Assembly (NCBI RefSeq): GCF_009914755.1
Contig: NC_060927.1
DNA from: the human T2T-CHM13v2.0 reference genome, Homo sapiens
DNA length: 64,000 bases
Reading direction: 5' to 3' (one strand)
The notes under the pieces are model-generated. The model was not told where the DNA came from. It did no database searches and saw only the letters and a list, made by a program, of their open reading frames with translations. This document shows, one piece after another, positions 50,687 through 64,000 of the stretch (position 1 is the first letter of the stretch; every line of letters begins with the position of its first letter). The translations under genes and the position numbers were made by a program.

Positions 50687-51010
50687 GCTGTGGACTGAAT
50701 CTCTCGCTTCTCCAAATTCATTTGTTGAAGCCCCAATTTCCCAATATGACTGTAGTTGGATGCAATTTATAAGGAAATACAGTTAAATGAGATCATAAAA
50801 GTGGGACCCTAACCTGATAAGGTAGGTGAGTTTGTAAGAAGAAACAGGAAAAGACATTTCCCTCTCTCTTCATGCATTTACACACAGGGGAAAGGCTATG
50901 TGAGCACATAGAGATGACACCTGCCTATAAGCCAAAAGATGTCTCAAAATGAACCTACCTTGCAAGCACCTTAATCTTGGACTATCCAGCCTTCAGAGCT
51001 GTGAGAAATA
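50687..51010 (+). mobile_element. MLT1A/B-like LTR, 3'-truncated
   Basis: tgctgtggactgaat...ccaaattcatttgttgaagccc...atcttggactatccagccttcagagctgtgagaaata. Confidence 0.8.
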
Positions 51011-51778
51011 ATTACTTTAAATATAAATGGATAAAACTCTCCAATCAAAAGGCATAAAGTGGCAGAAAGGATTAAGAAAACAAAACAAGGCAATAAGCAG
51101 TGATATGCTGTCTCAGAAGACTCACTATATATTTAAGGACACACACACACTGAAAGTGAAGGATGGAAAAAGATATCCCATGAAAATGGTAATCAAAGGA
51201 AATCAAGAGTATCTACTTTTATATCAGACAAAATAGAATTTAAGCAAAAACTTTATAGAGACAAATAAGGTCATAATATGATGATAAAAGGGTCAATTCA
51301 ACAGGGAGATAAAATAATTATAATCATATTCACACCTAACATTAGAGAACCTAAATATATAAAGCAAGATCCAAAGGGAAAAATCGACTAGTGGGAGACT
51401 CAGTACTTTACTTTAGATAATGTATATAACATCCAGACAGAAATCAATAAACCATTAACTTGAACAAAACTATGGGCCAAATAAAACAAATAGACATATA
51501 CAGAACTTTCCACCCAAAAGCATTAGAATACGCATTCTTCTAACAACACAGAAAACATTCTTCAGGATAGATTAATAACTAGGTTACAAAACAAGACTTA
51601 ACAACATTTAAGATCAAAATCATTTCAAGTATCTTTTACAACCACAATGGAATGAAACTAGAAATCAGTAACAATAAGTAAACAGGAAATTTCACAAATA
51701 TATGGAAACTAAACAATACATTTTTTAACAACCATTGGGTCAAAGAGAAAATCAAAAAGAATTTTTTAAAACTCTCAA

Positions 51779-51927
51779 GACTAACAGGCATGGTGGCACA
51801 TCCCTGTAATCCCAGCACTTTGGGAGACCAACATGGACAGATTGCTTGAGAGTAGGAGTTCAAGACTAGCCTGGGAAACATGATGAAACCCTGTCTCCCC
51901 AAAAAAATATAAAAAATTAGTCAGGTA
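51779..51927 (+). mobile_element. AluJ left arm
   Basis: ggacagattgcttgagagtaggagttcaagactagcctgggaaaca. Confidence 0.8.
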
Positions 51928-52299
<372 letters not shown>

Positions 52300-53249
52300 C
52301 TACCAAACATTCAAAGAATAATTAATATCATTTTTTCTTAAACTATTACAAAAATAAACAGAAGAGTAAACACTTCCAAACTCATTTGACACCATCATCA
52401 CTCTGATACCAAATTCAGATAAAACACAACAAGAAGTAAATCCACACACTTATAGTCAACTGATGTTTAACAAGGGTGCCAAGAACACACAGTGGGGAAA
52501 GAATGATCTCTTCAATAAATAGTATACGGAAAATGGGATATTCACATGATATTGGAATGATATTGGATACTTATCTCACACTATGCACAAGAGAATGATA
52601 TTGGATACTTATCTCACACTGTGCACAAAAATAAACTTAAAATGGATTTAAGACTTAAATGTGAGACACGAAACAGCAAACTACTAGAAGATAGCACAGG
52701 GAAAAAGCTTATTAACGGTTGTCTGGGCAATGATGTTTTTATCTATACCACTAAAATCATGGGAAATGAAAGTAAAAGTAGATTAAATAGAACTACCTCA
52801 AATAAAAATATTCTGCACAGCAAAAGAAGCAATTAGCAGAGTAAAAAAGGAACCTTTGGAATGGGAGAAAATATGTGCAAGCCTTGTATCTGGTAAGAGA
52901 TCAATATCCAAACTATATAAGGAACTCCAAACGATAGCAAAAAACAACCCAATTAAAAAACGGGCAAAGAACCTGAATAAATATTTTTCAAAATAAAAAA
53001 TCTGGAAATAGCCAACAGGCATATTAAACAGTATTCAATTTCACTAGGGAAGGCAAATCAAAGCCATAATGAGATATCACCTCATACCAGTTAGAATGAC
53101 TACTATCTAAAAAACAAAAAATAATGAGCGCTGGTGAGGATGCAGACAAAAGATAACATTTTACACACTAATCATGGGAATGTAAATTATTACAGTCATT
53201 ATGGAAAACAATATGGAGTTTCCTCAAAATGTTTAAAATAGAACTACCA

Positions 53250-53870
53250 TGGGAGTATAAATTAGTTCAACCATTGTGGAAAACAGTGTGGCAATTCCTC
53301 AAGGATCTAGAACCAGAAATACCAATTGATCCCGCAATCCCATTACTTCGCATATACCCAAAGGATATACTATAAAGACACACACACATGTATGTTTATT
53401 GCAGCACTATTCACAATAGCAAAGACTTGGAACCAACCCAAATGCCCATCAATGATAGATTGGAACCAACCCAAATGCCCATCAATGATAGTATTCCATG
53501 GATACGCCATGGAATACTATGAAGCCATAAAAAAGGATGAGTTCATGTCCTTTGCAGGGACATGGATGAAGCTAGACATCATTCTCAGCAAACTAACACA
53601 GGAACAGAAAACGAAACACCACATGTTGTCACTCATAAGTGGGACTTGAACAACAAGTGCACATGGACACAGGGAGGGGAACATCACACAGTGAGGCCTG
53701 TCTGGGGGTCGGGGGCTAGGGGAGGGATAACATTAGGAGAAATACCTAATGTAGATGACGGGTTGATGGCTGCAGCAAACCACAATGGCATGTGTATACC
53801 TATGTAACAAACCTGCACGTTCTGCGCATGTATCCCAGAACTTAAAGTATAATAATAATAAAACAAAAAT
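53250..53870 (+). mobile_element. 5'-truncated L1PA (PA6-PA8-like) 3' end
   Basis: ORF2 end, 3'UTR and A-tail. Confidence 0.92.
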
Positions 53871-54344
53871 AATTTCAAGAAAAGATCAAATTTATGGCAC
53901 TGGAAAGAAAAAACTGTGAATTCGGATATGGAGCTTGCAGATATAAGGCTCTATTAGTACTTCAGAATAATATAAGAAATATAAGATGCTGCTTATCAGC
54001 CTCTGTCTGCTAGAAAATAGGGCTTCTAAGAATCCTAGTGGTGTGGTTCTACAGTACTTCAACTCTCAGTTCAAGGGAGAGTGGGGCCTAAATGAAAAAG
54101 CTACGTAGGTGTGACTTTTGTCTGCTTGAGTATATTATACCTGATGCACAAGAAAGCTGCATCCTGGGTACACGAAGATAAAAATGTACCTCTTAATTCT
54201 AAGGATCATAGTTCAAGAGTAACTCCTTCTCAGGAGCCTGAGCCACATTCATATCTCATTTTAATGATTTCTTGAAGTTAGAACATCTGATAAAATTGTT
54301 CAGGGTCCTGGAGGGAGGTCAGTGTACTTTACATGGGACAGGAG

Positions 54345-54865
54345 TATAAATAATTGTAGGCAAAAGGCTGACTAATAGGTTTAAAGATGACAGCATATTC
54401 TTCTGCCTTGAGTGGTCAAGTTTATTTTACCGTCAATCGAATCTGGGTGACCCAGTGACTGTTTACCTAATAGAAGGTGATAGAAGTAATTCTTAGCCAG
54501 TTGCAGGCTTAAGTCTTAAGAGGATCTAGGCCACTTTTACTTTTGCACTTTGGAGAGCTTTGAGCCACCATGTAAGAAGTATAACATCACTGCAGGAGGG
54601 AATATGTTGCGAGAATATGGCCAGTGGAAAGGGCTTATGAATACATGGATACAAGAGAAACCCACTGCTATAGTATCCCCATCAGGTCTCCAGACAACTC
54701 CAGCTCCAACTACAATTTGAGGGCAACTGCATGAGCAACCTTAAGTAACACAAGCAGAACTTCCCATCAAGCTGAGAAAACCGACACAACTGTGAGGGAA
54801 AACCAATGATGGTGTTTTATACACTCTTTTCAGGTGGTTTATTATATAACAATGAATAATTGGAG
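54345..54865 (+). mobile_element. Old MLT1 (G/H-like) LTR
   Basis: gaatctgggtgacccagtgactg...tttgagccaccatgtaagaagt...gggcaactgcatgag...ggtggtttattatataacaat. Confidence 0.55.
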
Positions 54866-54869
54866 TATT

Positions 54870-56230
54870 CCCTACCACTGTTACTAGTTAACATTGTTTT
54901 AAAAATTCTTGCCAATGTCAATTGTCAAAATAAAGATATAATAAATATCAAAATTGGAAGAAAAATGTAAAATTATTATTCTTAGTACATATAATATGAT
55001 TGTATGACTGGAAAATTTATGAGATATTATAAATATTTGGTAAGTTAGTTGTTCTCAAAATTAATATATAAAAACTATCTTTCTTATTATACAACAACCA
55101 TTTAGAAATAGAATGGAACAATGTTATTTATAAAAATAATTAAAAGATAAAATATCTAGAAATAAACCTAACAAGAACTTTAAAATATTTAGATGAAGAA
55201 ATTTTACAACTGTTTCAGGATATAAAAGAAGATGAAAATATGTAATGCATATCTTTTTCTTGTTTGAAAATATTCAGTATTTTTTGTTTAAATTATTTGT
55301 GTAGTAGTCAATAAATAAAATGTGCTCCACATCAAATGTGATCCAAATAAAATGTGATCCACATACTAACACAGTTTTTCTCAAATGTGATACAATTATG
55401 CTATATGCATGAGGAAAAACAGTCATGAGAAAAATATAAGGGAAACTATACAAATAATATTTATGAGAGAGAACTAGAACAACCACATTTAGATACACAA
55501 CATAAAGTTATAATATTAAGTTCTGTGTTGAGAGAAGGATAATAAATGAGAGACTAAAATCCAGAGAAAGATGTAATAGATAGAAAATGTGGGAATATAT
55601 TGTTTATTTAGTCCTAGCTGGGGCAACTGGCTACCCCAATAAAGTTATATCTCAACTTCTTTCTTTATACTAAAATAAATTCCAGATGGCTCAGAGATTT
55701 AAATATAAAAAAGAAACCATAAATGTGCCAAAGAAATAGAAAAGTTTCTTCACAATTTTCAAATAAAAAGATCTTTTCCATGTGATATAAAACTTATGGA
55801 ATAATTTGGTAAAATTTGCCAAAATTAGAATTTAAATAATTTTAAACTCAGCAATTCAAAGTTTAGGCATTTATTCTACAGTTATATTTATTTAAGTAAG
55901 CAAAGTACAGTTATGTTTCATACATTTACAAAAATATTATAAAATGTTCATCATAGCATTGTTTTGAAAAGGAACAAATAATCTAAATGTCCACCACTAA
56001 GGGAATTATTAAGTAAATTTTGATTAGTCTGTATAGTGGAAAGAAATACAGTTCCTTAGAAAACAACAAAATTCTCTATGCTCAGATAGAGAAAGCTATC
56101 TATAACATGTTAAAAAAAACAAGGCTCAGAAAATTATATAAAATATCCTTTTTACACAAAAAGTACATATAATGTACTGGTAGATGAAAAATATATTTCT
56201 AGAAGGTTTAATGAGAAATAGTTTAGTTTG
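54870..56230 (+). mobile_element. Old L1ME-type fragment
   Basis: Degraded sense ORF2/3'UTR motifs (aaaataaattccagatgg; cagcaattcaaagtttaggcatttatt). Confidence 0.55.
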
Positions 56231-59209
56231 GACATGCTATGAATCCATGCATTATCTCTTTTGTGTTTTCATTTTGTTTTACTTTTGTTTCTTTTATTTC
56301 CTTCTCCCTAATCTTATTATCTTCCCCTCCATTTCCAACTCTTGCTTATTTAATTTATATAGGTGCTAAGTATTCTCTTGTTTCTTCTTTCTTTATTATG
56401 TTTTACAAATTCTTCCAGAATGATAAATACCATTCATTTTAAATTATCTTTCATAATTTCATTATTTGAAGCTACCACATTTATCTAGCCACTTTGCTGA
56501 GTTGACATTGACGTTTCCAACTCTTTGTTACTAAAATAATGCAGCAAAGATTATCATCCCCATGGCTACTTATTCAACGCTGAGAGAAATCTCTAAAAGT
56601 ATAATGTGGGGGTGGAATTGCAGGACTGTACTGTTTATTCATATCCAATGCATGCCTCCAAACTACTACAAAATGCCTGACTAGTTTCCATGCCATCATT
56701 GGCAGTGCCTAAGGGGCTATTCTTGTCATTACATCCTCATCAGCTCCTGGTAATAATTCACTATTAAATTTTGCTAATTAGACAGTAAAAATGAGCATGT
56801 TTTAGAATTTTTACTTTTGTTTGCTTAAAATGATGCTGATAATCTCTTTATATTTGTATTATCTTTTAAAATTTTGCTTTTTATGTGTAAGTTTCATACT
56901 CATTTTATTTTTCTATTGTGTTTCTGCATTTTATTGTTGACTTTCAAAATATTTGTATTGGAATTCACATATATATTTATATGTACATACATAGAGAGAA
57001 AGAGTTAACTTTTGTATTTATAGTTATTTCCTTTTTTTGTCTAACTTTTATTTTAAGCTCAGGGGTACATGTGCATGTGTGTTACATGGGTAAATTGTGT
57101 GTTGTGTGTGGGGGTTTCTTCACCTGTGTAATAAACATTTTGAAATCTTACACTTCTCCTGCCCTCCACCCTCAAGCAGGACCCAGTAATTATTGTTTCC
57201 TTCTTTGTGTCCATGTATTTTCATCATTTAGCTCCCACTTAAAAGTGAGAACACGTGGTATTTGGTTTTTGGCTTCTGCATTAATTCACTTAGGATAATG
57301 GCCTCCAGCTCCATCCATGTTCCTCCAGAGGACATGACCTCTTTCCTTTTTATGGCTATGTAGTATTCCATGGGAACTATGTACCACATTTTCTTTATTC
57401 AGTACACTATTGATGGGCATCTAGGTTGACTCCATGTCTCTGCTATTGTCAATAGTGCTGCAATGAACATATACATGCACATGTCTTTATGGTAGAATGA
57501 TTTACATTCCTTTGGGTTTATACCCAGTAATGGGATTGCTGGGTTGAATGGTAGTTCAACTCTTAGTTCTTTGAGAAATCTCCAGACTACTTTCCATGGT
57601 GGCTGAACTAATTTACATTACCACCAGTAGTGTATAATCAATCTGTTTTCTCCACAACCTCACCAGCATCTTCACTGGTGTTAGAGGTACATCTCATTGT
57701 GGTGTTCATTTGCATTTCTTTAATGGCTAGTGAAGTTGAACAGTTTTCATATGCTTTTTTGCCATGTGTGTGTCTTCTTTTGAGAAGTGGCTGTTCAGGT
57801 CCTTTGCCCATTTTTTATTGATGTTATTTTTTTGCTTGTTAGTTTGCTTAAGTTCCTTATAGATTCTGGGTTATAGAACTTTGTTGGAACATCCTTTGCA
57901 AATATTTTTTCCCATTCTGTAGGTTGTCTGTTTACTTTGTTGATAGTTTCTTTTGCTCTGCAGAAGCTCTTTAGTTTTATTAAGTCCCATGTTCCAATTT
58001 TTGCTTTTGTTGCAATTGCTTTTGGTGTCTGTGTAATGAAATCTTTGCCAGGGCCAATGTCTAGAATGGCATTTCCTAGGTTTCCTTCTAGAGTTTTTAT
58101 AGTCTTAGGTTTTAAGTCCTTAATCCACCTTGAGTTGATTTTGTATATGGTGAAAGGAAGGGTTGAGTTTCAATCTTCTGCATGTGGCTTAACAGTTATC
58201 CCTGCAGCATTTAATGAATAAGGAGTTCTTTCCCCATTGGTTGTTACTGTCTACTTCATCAAAGATCATATGTTATAGGTGTGTGGCTCTACTTCTGGAT
58301 TCTCTAACCCATTCCATTGGTCTATGTGTCTGTTTTGGTACCAGTACTATGATGTTTTAGTTACTATAGCTTTGTAGTGTTGGAAGTTGGGTAGTGTGAT
58401 GTCTCTGTCTTTGTTCTTTTTTCTTAGGATTGCTTTGGCTATTCAGGCTCTTTTTTGGTTTCATATGAATTTTAGAATAGGTTTTTCTAAGTCTGTGAAA
58501 AATGTCTTTGGTAGTTTGATGGAGACAACATTGAATCTGCTTTGGGTAGTATGGCCATTTTAACAATATTGATTTTTTTCTATCCATGAGCATGGAATAT
58601 TTATTTATTTATTTGTGCTTATTTGAGCCATGTTTTATAATTCTCATTGTAGAGATTTTTCACCTTACTGGTTAGCTGTATTCCTAGGTATTTTATTCTT
58701 TTTCTGGCTATCGTGAATGGGACCGTGTTCTTGATTCATCTCTCAGCTTGGATGTTGTTGGTTTTTCAGAAATGCTACTGAATTCTGAAACTTTGAAGTT
58801 GTTTATCAGATCTAGGAGCTTTTGGGCAGGGCTACAGTGTTTTTTAGGCATGAAATAATATTCTGTGAAAAGAGATAATATAACTATTCTCTTCCTATTT
58901 ACATGCCTTTTATTTCTTTCTCTTGCTGGATTGCTGTGGCTAAGACTTCTGGTACTATATTGAATAGGAGTCATAATGGACATCCTTGTTTTATTCTAGT
59001 TCCAAGGGAATGCTTCCAGTTTTTCCTCATTTAGTATAACATTAGCTGTGGGTTTATCATAGATAGTTCTTAATATGTTGATGTATTTTTCTTTGATGCC
59101 TGGTTTGTTGAGGGTTTAACACAAAGATATATTGAATTTTATTGAAAGCCATTTCTGCATATATTGAGGTAATCATGTGGTTTTTGTTTTTAGTTCTGTT
59201 TATGTAATG

Positions 59210-59893
<684 letters not shown>

Positions 59894-60734
59894 TGATGAA
59901 TCACACTTATTTATTTGTGTATGTTGAACCAACCTTGCACCCCAGAAGTAAAGCCTATTTGTTCACAGTAGATTAGCTTTTTGATGTGCTGCTGGATTTC
60001 CTTTGCTAGTATTTTGTTGAGGATTTTCATATCTGTGTTCATCAGGGATGGTGGCCTGAAGTTTTCTGTTTTTGTTGTTTCTCTGCCAGGTTTGGGTATC
60101 AGGATAATGCTGGCCTCATTGAGTGGGTTAGGGAAAATCTCTCCTCCTTAATTTTTTGGAATAATTTCAGTAGGATTGGTACTAGTTCTTCTTTATATAT
60201 TTGGTAGAATTTGGCTGTGAATTTGTTTAGTCCTGGCTTTTCTGGTTAGTAGGCTTTTTCTGGTTTTATTACTGATTCAATTTTGGAACTTGTTATTGGT
60301 CTGTTCAGAGTTTCAATTTCTTCCTGGTTCAATCTTGGGAGGTCATATGTTTCCAGGAATTTATTAGTTTCTTCTAGGTTTTCTAGTTTGTGTGCATATA
60401 GGTATTCATAATTGTCTGCAGATTTTTTGCATTCTTATGGGGTCAGTGGTAATGTTCTCTTTGCCATTTCTGATTGCTTTCTATGTAGCTTCTCCTTTTT
60501 TTTCTTTATTAGTCTCCTAGTGACCTATCAATATTATTTATTTTTCCATAAAAAAACCCAGCTTTTGGTTTCATTGATTTTTTGTGTGTTTTTTTTTACC
60601 TCTCTATTGCATTCAGTTAATCTCTGATTTTGGTTATTTCTTTTCTTCTGCTAGCTTTGTGGTTGGTTTGTCCTTATTGTTTTAGTTGCTCTAAGTGTGA
60701 TGTTAGGTTGTTAATTTGAGGTCTTTTTAACATT

Positions 60735-63700
60735 TTTAAAAAATTTCAATAGGTTTATTGGGATCAGGTGGTATTTGATTACATGAATAAGTTCTTTAGT
60801 AGTGATTTCTGAGATATTGGTGCACCTATCACCCAAGCAGTGTATACTGTACCCATTGTGTAGTATTTTATTCCTCATTCCCCTCCCGCCCTTTCCCCCA
60901 TGTCCCCAAAGTCCATTGTATCATTCTTACGCCTTCGTGTCCTCATAGCTTAGCTCCCACGTATGACTGAGGATTTACCATGTTTGGATTTCCATTGTCT
61001 AGTTACTTCACTTAGAATAATGGTCTCCAATTCTATTAAGCTTGCTACAAATGCCATTATTTCATTCCTTTTTATGCCTGAGTAGGATTTCATGATGTTT
61101 GTGTGTGTGTATATATATATATATACAAATATATATATACACAAATATTTATATAATTGTGTATATATATACAAATATATATATACACAAATATTTATAT
61201 AATTGTGTATATATATATCATATTTTCTTTATTTACTTTTTGATTGATGGACATTTGTGCTGGTTCCATATTTTTGCAATTGTAAATTGTGCTGCTATAA
61301 ACATGCATGTGCAAGTATCGTTTTCATATAATGACTTCCTTTCCTCTGGGTACATACCCAGGAGTGGGATGCTGGATTAAATGGTAGATCTTATTTTAGT
61401 TCTTTAAGGAATCTCTACACTGGTTTCCATAGTGGTTATACTAGTTTACATTCCCTCCAACAGAGTAAAAGTTTTCCTTTTTTCACCACATCTGCGCCAA
61501 AGTATATTATTTTCTTTATTATAGCCATTCTAGCAGGAGTAAAGTAGTATTGCATTTTGGTTTTCATTTGCATTTCCCTGATAAATAGTGAAGTTAAACA
61601 TTTTGATATGTTTTTGGCCACTTGTACATCTTCTTTTTAGAATTTTCTACTCATGTCCTTAGCCCACTTTTTGATGGTATTGTTTGTTTTTTGATTGCTG
61701 ATTTCTTTGAGTTCTTGTAGATTCTAGATATTAGTCCTTTGTCAGATATATAGATTGTGAAGATTTTTCTCCCACTCTGTGAGTTGTCTGTTAGCTCTTC
61801 TGACTATTTCTTTGGCTGTGCATAAACTTTTTAGTTTAATTAAGTCCCATCTACTTATCTTTGTTTTGTTGTGTTTGCTTTTGGGTTCTTGGTCATGGAG
61901 TCTTTGCCTAAGCCAACGCCTAGGAGGGTTTTTCCAATGTTATCTTCTAGAGTAGAAGGTTTTTTCCATTGTTGTCTTCTAGAATGTTTATGGTTTCAGG
62001 TCTTAGAGTTAAGTCTTTGTTCTATTTTCATAGATTTTGGTTTAAGGTGAGAGATGAGAATCCAGTTTCATTCTTCCACATGTGACTTGCCAATTATCCC
62101 AGCACCATTTGTTGAATAGGGTGTCCTTTCTCACCTTTATGTGTTTGTTTGCTTTGTTGAAGATCAGTTGGCTGTATTTGGTTTTATTTATGGGTTCTCT
62201 ATTCTGTGCCATTGGTTTTCCTTGTTGAGGTCTTTCACATCCTTGGTTAGGTAAATTCCTAAGTGTTTTTGTTTTTGTTTTTGTTTCAGCTATTGGGGTT
62301 GAGTTCTTGATTTGATTCTCAGTTTCATTGCTGTTGGTGTATAACAGAGCTACTGATTTGTGTACATTAATTTTGCATCCTGAAACTTTGTTGAACTGAT
62401 TTACCAGTTCTAAGGGTTTTTTGGATGAGTCTTTAGGGTTTTCTAGGTATACGATTGTATCATCAGCAAACAGCAACAGTTTGAATTCATTACCGATTTG
62501 GATTACCTTTATTTCTTTCTCTTGTCTGATTGCTCTGGCCAGGACTTCCAGTACTATCTTGAATAGAGGTGGTGAAACTGAACATCCTTGTTTTGTTTCA
62601 GTTTTCAGGTGGAATGCTTTCAACTTTTCCCCATTCAGTACAATGTTGGCTGTGGGGTTTTCATAGACGGCTTTTATTACCTTAAGGTATGTCCCTTCTA
62701 TGCTGATTTTGCTGAGGGTTTTAATCATAAAGAGGTGCTGGATTTTGTCAAACTCTTGTTCTGCATCTATTGACATGATCATGTGATTTTTGTTTCTAAT
62801 TCTGTTTATGTGGTGTATCACATTTATTGACTTACATATGTTAAACCATCCCTGTGTCCCGGGTATGAAACCCACTTGATCATGGTGGCTTATCTTTTTG
62901 ATACGCTGTTGGAATCATTTTGGTAGTATTTTGTTGAGAATTTTTACATCTATGCTCATCAGGAATATTGATCTGTAGTTTTCTTTTTTTGTTATATCCT
63001 TTTCTGGTTTTGATATTAGGGTTATACTGGCTTCATAAAATTATTTAGAGAGAATTCATTCTTTCTCTATCTTTTGGAATAGTGTCAATAGTATTGGAAT
63101 CAACTCTTTGAATGTCTGATTGAATTCAGCCATGAATCCATCTGGTTTTGGACATTTTTTGGGGGCAGATAATTTTTTAAATTACCATTTTAATCTTTCT
63201 GCTTGTTATTGGTCTGTTCAGAGATCCTCTATCTTTTTGGTTTAATCTAGCAAAGTTGTATATTTCTAAAAATTTATTAATCTCTTCTAGGTTTTCTAGT
63301 GTATGTGCATAAAGGTGTTCATAGTAGCCTTGAATAATCTTTTGTATTTCTGTGGTATCAGTTGTAGTTTTTCCCATTTTGTTTCTAATTGAGCTTATTT
63401 GGATCTTCTCTCTTCTTGGTTAATCTCATTAACGGTCTATTTCAAAGAAGCAGTTTTTTGTTTCCTTTTTCTTTTGTATTTTTTTTTTCATTTCAATTTC
63501 ATTTAGTTCTGCTCTGACATTCATTATTTCTTTTCTTCCGCTGGGTTTGGGTTTGGATTGTTCTTGCTTCTACAGTTCCATGAAGTGTGACCTTAGATTG
63601 TCTATTTGTGCTCTTTCATGCTTTTTGAGGTAGGCATTTAATGCTATGAACTTTTCTCTTAGCACTGCCTTTGTCATATACCAGAAAATTTGATAAGTTG

Positions 63701-64000
63701 TGCAATTACTTTGTTCAGTTCAAAGAATTTTTAAATTTCCATCTTGGTTTTATTTTTGACCCAGTGAGCATTCAGGATCAGGTTATTTAATTTCTATGTA
63801 TTTGCACGGTTACAAAGGTACCTTTTGGAGTTGACTTCCAATTTTATTCCACTGTGGTCCAAGAGAGAACTTGATATAATTTCAGTTTTCTTAAATTTGT
63901 TGAAACTTGGTTTGTGGCCTCTCATATGGTCCATCTTGGAGAATGTTCTATGTGCTGATGAATAGAATATATTTTCTGCAGTTGTTGGGTAGAATGTTCT
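60735..64000 (-). mobile_element. L1PB-type element (3'UTR and ORF2), continues beyond the window
   Basis: caggtggtatttgattacatgaataagttctttagtagtgatttctgaga 3' end; RT peptide with FADD in the 62042-62875 ORF; internal deletion near 62215. Confidence 0.88.
61100..61218. repeat. AT-rich (TA/TACA) micro/minisatellite within the L1PB 3' region
   Basis: Repeated atacacaaatatttatataattgtgtatatatat units. Confidence 0.85.

Overview
AT-rich, repeat-dense primate (most likely human) genomic DNA. The only convincing protein-coding sequence is an uninterrupted 719-codon ORF (5539-7698, +) that I recognise as CSNKA2IP (CK2alpha'-interacting protein). It has a good 3' splice acceptor upstream, about seven degenerate ~30-aa repeats, a Cys/His cluster and a TCN-only poly-Ser tract. 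Its TAG is followed in frame by 14 open codons and a TGA, suggesting a nonsense allele of a 734-codon gene. The rest is layered transposon debris: a full-length, lesioned L1PA2-type element (43294-49309, -) with open ORF0, several truncated or twin-primed L1s, Alus, MaLR/ERVL LTRs, hAT/Tigger/piggyBac-derived fossils (including a MER85 with an intact PGBD3-binding palindrome), L2/MIR fragments and a U6 pseudogene fragment. I see no evidence of a new multi-gene system. The notable items are the CSNKA2IP stop and architecture, and several retrotransposition and template-switch scars. Subfamily names and boundaries of old repeats come from recalled consensus sequences and are approximate.
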